DNA from: Paramicrosporidium saccamoebae KSL3
Lineage: Eukaryota; Fungi; Cryptomycota
Direction: 5' to 3'
DNA length: 6,066 bases
Assembly (NCBI GenBank): GCA_002794465.1
Contig: MTSL01000152.1
Coordinates: forward strand, 1 to 6,066
In this document: positions 1-5,736 of the stretch, piece by piece
Numbering within the stretch: the stretch's first letter is position 1
Layout of the letters: each line of letters starts with the position of its first letter
Program-made: the position numbers and the translations under genes
Notes under the pieces: generated by a model
What the model was told of the DNA's origin: nothing
The model's input: only the letters and a program-made list of their open reading frames with translations
The model's database searches: none

Positions 1-15
1 TGGTAGAGTAGAAAT

Positions 16-21
16 TTTATT
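16..21 (-). terminator. Probable polyadenylation signal AATAAA for NOP15
   Basis: TTTATT at 16..21 on plus is AATAAA on minus, 7 nt after the stop codon. Supported by motif and position only. Confidence 0.5.
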
Positions 22-28
22 TACTGGT

Positions 29-604
29 CTAGAGTTCGCCGGTGAGGACGCTATCAAAATCATAATCAATACCGCCAAACTGTTCCTTCTTCTTGGCTAT
101 CAGTTTCTTGGCATCCTTCTTCATCTCGTCCTCAGTCATGCCCTCTGCTTTTTCGTTAAACTTTTTCATCTGAATCCTCTTCCAGGGAATCTTGACAAAC
201 TTTTTGTTTGCACCCTTCCAAAGCTCTGGATGCACCTGCTCCTCCGGCACCAGCCGACACTGGAGCAGGTGGCCCATCAATAGATAGTTGTTCATAGTCT
301 CCACCACAATCCGCGCCACTTCAGCATGTCGGAATTCGACAAAGGCATAGTGACGGGAGGCGCCAGTGCGTGGGTTGCGAGAAAGACGGAGCCGAGTAAC
401 CGAACCGAATTGGGTAAGATAGGCACGCAGCTCGGTTTCGTGGAAGCCGTGTGGGAGACGGCTGATGTAGACGACAGCACCACCGGGTGTCACCTTTGGG
501 GCTGTTAAATAGGCTGTATCGGGAATATGGGGCTTCCGAAGACGCTTACTGGGCTCGTTAAGAGATGCCAAAAAGGCAACGTCTTCTGCATCAGAGTTGG
601 ACAT
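29..604 (-). CDS. NOP15: Nucleolar RRM protein of the Nop15/NIFK (MKI67IP) family, 60S ribosome biogenesis factor, 191 aa
   Basis: RNP2-like VYISRL and RNP1-like RHYAFVEF, followed by the family-typical segment VARIVVETMNNYLLMGHLLQCRLVPEEQVHPELWKGANKKF and a Lys-rich helical tail. The track start at 628 is GTG; the first in-frame ATG is at 604 (MSNSD). Stop TAG at 31..29. Confidence 0.93.
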   Translation of the reverse strand: MSNSDAEDVAFLASLNEPSKRLRKPHIPDTAYLTAPKVTPGGAVVYISRLPHGFHETELRAYLTQFGSVTRLRLSRNPRTGASRHYAFVEFRHAEVARIVVETMNNYLLMGHLLQCRLVPEEQVHPELWKGANKKFVKIPWKRIQMKKFNEKAEGMTEDEMKKDAKKLIAKKKEQFGGIDYDFDSVLTGEL

Positions 605-762
605 GTCTTGTAACCCCGGCAGTCTCACTAGATTACTATTGTCGGTCGTATTGTGACGTAGAAGACTGATTAGTTGGGTATTTGAGGATAGTTCCCTAGT
701 TTGGAGAAGGGATAATCAGAACAATCGATGAAGGATAATGGGATCTTTGCCATTTGGGAGAC

Positions 763-770
763 TATAAAAG
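763..770 (+). promoter_or_regulatory. TATA-box-like TATAAAAG
   Basis: Exact consensus match in the NOP15-SPO11 intergenic region, followed about 25-45 nt later by a pyrimidine-rich tract. It points away from NOP15 and towards the SPO11 3' end. Motif match only. Confidence 0.25.
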
Positions 771-852
771 GGCCGTTGGATTAACTAAATAAATTCTCTT
801 CTCGTCTCTTCCCGCCTGTCAAAGTCCGTGGTATTATCCCCACTACGCGACA

Positions 853-1034
853 GTATGATGAGTTTATTATTGTCAACTGTATGATGGGTTTATTATTATT
901 GCCAACTATGTGGTGGGTTTATTACTACCAGCTCCATGAGTTTATTAATATCACCTATGTAATGGGTCTATTACTACCAACTCCACGAGTTTATTATTGT
1001 CAGCTATGTGACGAGTTTATTAATCTTGTCAACT
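853..1034 (-). repeat. Degenerate tandem repeat of 7 units (29,23,26,23,26,29,26 bp), consensus about AGYTGRYARTAATAAACYCRTSRYAT on the minus strand
   Basis: Minus-strand units: AGTTGACAAGATTAATAAACTCGTCACAT / AGCTGACAATAATAAACTCGTGG / AGTTGGTAGTAATAGACCCATTACAT / AGGTGATATTAATAAACTCATGG / AGCTGGTAGTAATAAACCCACCACAT / AGTTGGCAATAATAATAAACCCATCATAC / AGTTGACAATAATAAACTCATCATAC. Confidence 0.88.
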
Positions 1035-1984
1035 ATATATTTGGCCAGTTTGGCAGTGTCTTGTTGGTAGAGTGATTCTATCTCTGTCGTAAATCCACCT
1101 GCTTCCATGTCCATACTAGCTTGTGCCATTTCATCCCATCCGTCATTCCGCGCTCTCTCTGTGACTCTCTTCAAAATCGACAAGCCTCTTGTTGTTAACA
1201 GAGCAGCGCTTTTGTCCGCTTCAAACTGGTTCCGGTATAGATCCAAGTCAAATCTCGTAATTCCAAGCAGTCTGAGCGACGGGCAACATGTTGTGGGCTG
1301 GTCTGCCCGCAACTTTGATCCGAGCCGATATTGCAACGCTATGAGCAACCCATGCGGATCATAATCAACCAAGGCCAGAAACAACGTATCCGGGAGGGTC
1401 TTTTGGAGCCAGTGGACAAACTTGAGCGTCGTCATGCAGGGAAACCCGCGGCCAGTGACCAACAGAAAAGGAGGTATCATCCCTTCCAGGCGCGAGCTGA
1501 TTTGATAGACTGTCTGAAACACGGCCTCTTTTTCAATTATTATGACAATTTTGGGTGCGCACGATATCGTTGCAGCTTGCGAGGTGATATTAAGCGGATG
1601 AGTGCCAAAGTCGATTTCTGAAGATGACTGAACAACCTTTAATGATCCAAACGCCAGTCCCCTGGATGCAGAAATGACACCTAGTTCATCCCTTGGGATC
1701 TGCAGGGATGAAGCAAAACAGTCGATCACAGAATCAACTATAGCTTGCGAACCAAACAGTCTTGTGTCCATATAGTAAATGTCCCTCTTGGTCATGAGCA
1801 GGCCGTGTTTCTTCTTTAGCAATATTTCCAGCACTCTCCATATGCAAGCGATTCTCTTTAGGCTTCTAGCGCTGCTAAACCGCAGCTTGCAATGTCCCGG
1901 AACACTCATTGCAGGAAAAGTGCCGCTTTGCAATGAAATGTGGATTGATGTGAGTAACTTTTGCGCAAGGTCCTCCACCGCCAT
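1004..1984 (-). CDS. SPO11: Meiotic recombination protein Spo11 (topoisomerase VI A-subunit family), 326 aa
   Basis: Catalytic motif TKRDIYY(71)MDTRLFGSQAIVD, then RDELGVISASRGLAFG; TOPRIM acidic motifs IIE(151)KEAVF, TGRGFP and LVD(207)YD(209)PHG..I..Y..GS; C-terminal EIESL. ATG at 1984 with an in-frame TGA five codons upstream; TAG at 1006..1004. Confidence 0.95.
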   Translation of the reverse strand: MAVEDLAQKLLTSIHISLQSGTFPAMSVPGHCKLRFSSARSLKRIACIWRVLEILLKKKHGLLMTKRDIYYMDTRLFGSQAIVDSVIDCFASSLQIPRDELGVISASRGLAFGSLKVVQSSSEIDFGTHPLNITSQAATISCAPKIVIIIEKEAVFQTVYQISSRLEGMIPPFLLVTGRGFPCMTTLKFVHWLQKTLPDTLFLALVDYDPHGLLIALQYRLGSKLRADQPTTCCPSLRLLGITRFDLDLYRNQFEADKSAALLTTRGLSILKRVTERARNDGWDEMAQASMDMEAGGFTTEIESLYQQDTAKLAKYIVDKINKLVT

Positions 1985-1992
1985 TGGCCAAT
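1983..1992. promoter_or_regulatory. 10-bp palindrome ATTGGCCAAT (two opposed CCAAT boxes) overlapping the SPO11 start; another minus-strand CCAAT at 2071..2075
   Basis: The palindrome is read directly from the sequence within the 184-bp divergent intergenic region. A role as an NF-Y/HAP site is inference. Confidence 0.25.
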
Positions 1993-2168
1993 AGATTCAT
2001 TCTGTGCCTCGCATATTAAAATTGCATCTTGCATGATTACTATTTTTAGAAATAAATTTCGAGTCCTGCCATTGGTTCCTCTGAAACAGTGTGTGGAAAA
2101 ATTGAAACAAATCACAGATTTCGCTTCTCACAATTAAAGGTATAGCCAACGGGGGACGCGGTACCGTT

Positions 2169-5100
2169 ATGAAGTTGTATACCCTTGGTCTGCTAGGACT
2201 AGTCGCGGCAAACTCTGGCGACCCTATGAATCCGATGCCTGGGGTTATGCCCACAGCATTGTCCAGTACCATTATACCCGCAGCCTTTTCTAGTGCTACG
2301 CCTGCAACTACACCATCTACTACGCACATCTGTGCTTGCCTGACTCAGACGACCTCAAGTACAACCACGATCTTTGTTGTCACTGTCACTGGATCTGAGC
2401 AGGTCCAAATACGGACTGAGACAGTCGTAGCGTCGTCCGTAATGGCGACAGAAAGGATCAAGGTTCCAACCACTCTACAGCAGACAGCAAAGATGCTGAC
2501 AAGTACGATCACACCCGAAGTGATCATAGCAACTGAAACAATTACACCACGCGCCCTGACGACCATAGTGCATGCCTCTATTGAGACAGAGACACACAGT
2601 GTGGGAACACTGCTGGAGACTGTGACGATAAGTTACAGTGCCCCACAGGTCGAGATCAAGACGGTGAAAATGACTCCGACAGTAATCAAACAGTTGACCA
2701 CAATTGAACACTCTGTAATGCCTAAGACGGTTATCAAGCAGTTGACCACAACTGAACACTCTGTAATGCCTGAGACGGTTATCAAGCAGAAATCCCACTG
2801 GGAGAAGAGTACCTTGAAAGAGACTGTAGCAATGAGCTCCAGTGCTCCAGAGGTTGCTCCGGAGAGTATATCAAAGAGATTTGTCGTTTCCAAGACCACA
2901 CTGAGCAATCAGGTTGCTCCAGAGACAATCTCAAAAAGACGAGTCGTTTCTGAGACAACACTAAAGGAAACGGTCACTTCTTGGAATGTTTCCTCCATCC
3001 GTGCCCACTACATGACCAGTGTTGCGCCTGAAGCAGTGGTTGAATCCTTCCAGGCAAAGCCCACACCAACAATGCAGGCGCACACCTTGACTTCATACTG
3101 GAGTTCAACTGTACTCGATGCTTCCACCGACTATGCCATCACTTCTTTCCGTGACCACCAAATGAGTGTTGTGTCTGAAACAGTGATTGAATCTTTCCGC
3201 GCCATGCCAACAACCACGATGCAAATGCACACTTTGGCCTCCCATTGGAGTTCTGCGGTAGTCAATGTTTCCACCGGCTATACCGTTACAGAACAGGCGC
3301 CCACCACGATGGTGGCTTCCTTTGAGAAAACTGTCTCGACGGCTATGGCTGTGACTGAATCGGCAAAAGTGAAACTCGTGACATATTACTGGAGTTCTAC
3401 GATAGCCAATGGACAAACCTCCACAAGCTGGGCAACCACTTCATGCCAAGGATGTCACCAGACGGAATCGGCTCCGGCTACAGTGATGGCCACCTTCAGC
3501 ACTTCTGCAGCAAATGTCAGAGTTTTGACGTACTATTGGAGCTCCACGATAACCAATGGACAAACCTCTACAAGCTGGGCAACCACCTCTTTCCGCGGAT
3601 GTCATCGCACTGAGCGTGCACCTTCCACTGTTATGGCCTCCTTTGGAGAAACGGTTTCAGCATCTATGGCTGTGACTGAATCAGCGAAAGTGAGACTAAT
3701 GACATATTACTGGAGTTCTACAATCACTAATGGCATGACTACTACGAGTTGGGCCACTACTTCATTCCGCGGATGCCACAAGACAGAGTCGGCTCCACCC
3801 ACAGTGATGGCTTCTCTCGGAGTCACCGCCACTGCCATGGAGACTGGACATTTAAGAGTTGAAACGTATTACTGGAGCTCCACGATTGTGAATGGACATG
3901 CATCTACGAGTTGGGCAACTAGTTCGTTCCGTGGATGTCATGCAACCAAGAGTGCGCCACCCGCAGTGATGGCTTCCCTTGGAGCCACTGCTACCGCCAT
4001 GGAGACGGGAAACTTGAGGGTTGCAACGTATTATTGGAGCTCTACGATGGTTAATGGACATGCCTCTACGAGCTGGGCAACTAGTTCATTCAGCGGATGT
4101 CATGCAACCAAGAGCGCACCGGCCTCAGTCATGGCTTCCCTCGGAGCTACTGCCACTGGTATGGCGAGTGGAACTGCTCATGCAAGAGTTGAAACGTATT
4201 ATTGGAGTTCTACGATGGTGAATGGACATGCCTCTACTTCCTGGGCAACCACCTCTTTCCGTGGATGTCATGCGACTAAGAGTGCACCAGCCTCGGTGAT
4301 GGCGTCATTCTCCCATGGTGCCACGATAACTGGAAACAGAATGGCATCCCATGGCGCTACAATGACCGGAAGCAGAATGGCATCCCATGGTGCTACAATG
4401 ACTAGAAGTGGAATGGCTTCTCATGGTACCGCAGTAACTGGAAGCAAGATGGCTCCTCACAGTGCCACTATTACTGGAAGTAGAATGGCTTCTCACCCGA
4501 TAAGGCCCACGACAAGAGGCATGACTCACAGCGGAATCACACATGGAGGAGTCACTGGAACAAAGAGATCCACTGGCCATTCGACGTTGGCCAAGACTTT
4601 GGTGAAATCGGGAACAATTCGAAAGACTTCCATCAAGCCTGGAATGAGTCACAAGACGACGGCTAAGCCTGTGACGGGTCGAAAGACTTTGACAAAACCT
4701 GTGACAGGCCGAAAGACTTCCACCGAACATGTGACAGGTCGTAAGACTTCCACAAAACCTGTGACAGGCCGTAAGACTTCTACAAAACCTGTGACAGGCC
4801 GTAAGACTTCTACAAAACCTGTGGCAGGTCGGAAGACTTCTACAAAACCTGTGACAGGTCGAAAGACTTCCACCAAGCCTGGAACAATCAAAAAGACTTC
4901 CACCAAGCCTGGAACAATCAAAAAGACTTCCACCAAACCTGGAACCGTCCGAAAGACTTCTACCAAACCTGTGACAGGTCGAAAGGCTTCCACCAAGCCT
5001 GGGACGATCAAAAGGACTTCTACCAAGCCTGTAACAATCAAAAAGACTTCTACAAAGCCTGTAACAATCAAGAAGACTTCTACCAAGCCTGTAACAATCA

Positions 5101-5639
5101 AAAAGACTTCTACCAAGCCTGTAACAGTTAAAAAGACTTCTACTAAGCCGCCCGCAACAAGTAGAAAAACATCGGCTAAGCCTCCCACAAAGACATTGGC
5201 CAAGTCGCATGTCACAAGTCACAAGGCTTCAAAGTCACCCAAAGGCGCTTCGACTGTTCACAAAACATCAACACAGCCAGGGAAATCTACCGTGAAACCC
5301 ACCACTCAAAAGGTATCATCAGCCCGTCCATCAGCGTCTTCTCCCGCAAAGACATCCGCTGAAGAGGAAATGTCCCCGATGCAACCTTCATCAAAAGAAG
5401 CCAGTCCGAGAAACCGATCGGTACCGGCTGAACAGGAGACTAACGAATCAATGGGTAGTCCAGCTAAGGCGAACGAAGAATCTTCTGCTCCCTCGCCAAC
5501 CAAAACATTAGCTGAACCTGCTCCTAGTATCAAAGAGGCTGCTCCTAGTGAAAAAGCACCCGCAGAGGCCTCAGCAGCAGCTCCTAAGACACAGCCTCCA
5601 AGCGCACCATCTGGATCTCATCCTGCATCTAGTGCCTAA
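2169..5639 (+). CDS. Large secreted Ser/Thr-rich, mucin/adhesin-like tandem-repeat protein, 1156 aa, family unknown
   Basis: Uninterrupted 3471-bp ORF. N-terminal signal-peptide-like MKLYTLGLLGLVAA. Repeat copies keep their amino acids while third codon positions vary, which supports this frame. ATTAAA and AATAAA follow the stop. No hydrophobic C-terminal GPI or TM segment. Confidence 0.88.
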   Translation: MKLYTLGLLGLVAANSGDPMNPMPGVMPTALSSTIIPAAFSSATPATTPSTTHICACLTQTTSSTTTIFVVTVTGSEQVQIRTETVVASSVMATERIKVPTTLQQTAKMLTSTITPEVIIATETITPRALTTIVHASIETETHSVGTLLETVTISYSAPQVEIKTVKMTPTVIKQLTTIEHSVMPKTVIKQLTTTEHSVMPETVIKQKSHWEKSTLKETVAMSSSAPEVAPESISKRFVVSKTTLSNQVAPETISKRRVVSETTLKETVTSWNVSSIRAHYMTSVAPEAVVESFQAKPTPTMQAHTLTSYWSSTVLDASTDYAITSFRDHQMSVVSETVIESFRAMPTTTMQMHTLASHWSSAVVNVSTGYTVTEQAPTTMVASFEKTVSTAMAVTESAKVKLVTYYWSSTIANGQTSTSWATTSCQGCHQTESAPATVMATFSTSAANVRVLTYYWSSTITNGQTSTSWATTSFRGCHRTERAPSTVMASFGETVSASMAVTESAKVRLMTYYWSSTITNGMTTTSWATTSFRGCHKTESAPPTVMASLGVTATAMETGHLRVETYYWSSTIVNGHASTSWATSSFRGCHATKSAPPAVMASLGATATAMETGNLRVATYYWSSTMVNGHASTSWATSSFSGCHATKSAPASVMASLGATATGMASGTAHARVETYYWSSTMVNGHASTSWATTSFRGCHATKSAPASVMASFSHGATITGNRMASHGATMTGSRMASHGATMTRSGMASHGTAVTGSKMAPHSATITGSRMASHPIRPTTRGMTHSGITHGGVTGTKRSTGHSTLAKTLVKSGTIRKTSIKPGMSHKTTAKPVTGRKTLTKPVTGRKTSTEHVTGRKTSTKPVTGRKTSTKPVTGRKTSTKPVAGRKTSTKPVTGRKTSTKPGTIKKTSTKPGTIKKTSTKPGTVRKTSTKPVTGRKASTKPGTIKRTSTKPVTIKKTSTKPVTIKKTSTKPVTIKKTSTKPVTVKKTSTKPPATSRKTSAKPPTKTLAKSHVTSHKASKSPKGASTVHKTSTQPGKSTVKPTTQKVSSARPSASSPAKTSAEEEMSPMQPSSKEASPRNRSVPAEQETNESMGSPAKANEESSAPSPTKTLAEPAPSIKEAAPSEKAPAEASAAAPKTQPPSAPSGSHPASSA
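2679..2789 (+). repeat. 48-bp (16-aa) coding repeat, about 2.3 copies: TVIKQLTT(I/T)EHSVMP(K/E)
   Basis: Copies start at 2679, 2727 and 2775. Confidence 0.9.
2853..2972 (+). repeat. 60-bp (20-aa) coding repeat, 2 copies: VAPE(S/T)ISKR(F/R)VVS(K/E)TTL
   Basis: Copies start at 2853 and 2913. Confidence 0.85.
3372..4310 (+). repeat. Six 49-58-aa coding repeats with core TYYWSSTxxNGxxSTSWATxSFxGCHxTxSAPxxVMAS; two degenerate copies upstream (Trp codons at 3099 and 3246)
   Basis: TYYW starts at 3381, 3528, 3702, 3864, 4026 and 4194 (spacings 147, 174, 162, 162, 168 bp). Confidence 0.93.
4311..4520 (+). repeat. 36-bp (12-aa) coding repeat, about 6 copies: MASHGATMTGSR
   Basis: ATG-initiated units at 4341, 4377, 4413, 4449 and 4485, plus a partial unit from 4311. 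Confidence 0.9.
4593..5165 (+). repeat. 30-bp (10-aa) coding repeat, about 19 copies: KTSTKP(VTGR/GTIK/VTIK)
   Basis: Strict 30-bp period from 4593 to 5132 (18 units), an 11-aa 19th unit, then decay. Confidence 0.95.
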
Positions 5640-5650
5640 TACCTTTGTAC

Positions 5651-5663
5651 ATTAAAGAATAAA
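5651..5663 (+). terminator. Probable polyadenylation signals ATTAAA (5651..5656) and AATAAA (5658..5663) for the secreted-protein gene
   Basis: Located 11 and 18 nt after the TAA stop in an AT-rich patch. Confidence 0.55.
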
Positions 5664-5736
5664 TCATTTATATGTTAACCGATTTGGGGCTGGTCGTCTT
5701 TATGCTTATCAGCCAGGGCATCGGGGTGTTTGGAAG

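Noticed and set aside
605-628. Track extension of NOP15 to a start at 628
   Set aside because: That codon is GTG; a eukaryotic gene most simply starts at the ATG at 604. An upstream ATG at 753 opens only a 27-codon out-of-frame ORF, and I found no good splice donor to join it.
857-862. GATGAG as a PAC ribosome-biogenesis element for NOP15
   Set aside because: Only the 6-bp core matches (no GCGATGAG), it is part of a repeat unit, and no RRPE partner is evident.
853-1034. Repeat array as a CRISPR array or telomeric repeat
   Set aside because: Units abut with no unique spacers, are degenerate and variable in length, lack a G-rich telomere core, and the context is eukaryotic with no cas genes.
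881-1075. 64-aa plus-strand ORF MMGLLLLPT...
   Set aside because: It is a translation of the minisatellite and the antisense SPO11 tail. Unit lengths are not multiples of three, and the product resembles nothing I know.
1004-1984. Archaeal or bacterial topoisomerase VI subunit A instead of Spo11
   Set aside because: There is no adjacent top6B, the neighbour is the eukaryote-specific NOP15, poly(A)-type signals are present, and the RDIYY/FGSQ/DPHG motif pattern matches eukaryotic Spo11.
292-3416. Other short track ORFs overlapping NOP15, SPO11 or the secreted gene, including those beyond this span (3852..4061, 4021..4221, 5306..5533, 5852..6040)
   Set aside because: All lie within better-supported CDSs on another frame or strand, show no recognisable motifs, and several just mirror the coding repeats.
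4305-5222. 305-aa Cys/Arg-rich and 188-aa (4649..5215) minus-strand ORFs
   Set aside because: Antisense shadows of the 30-bp and 36-bp coding repeats: a stop-free unit repeated many times gives a long ORF. Both track starts are GTG, and unit variation fits synonymous change in the plus frame.
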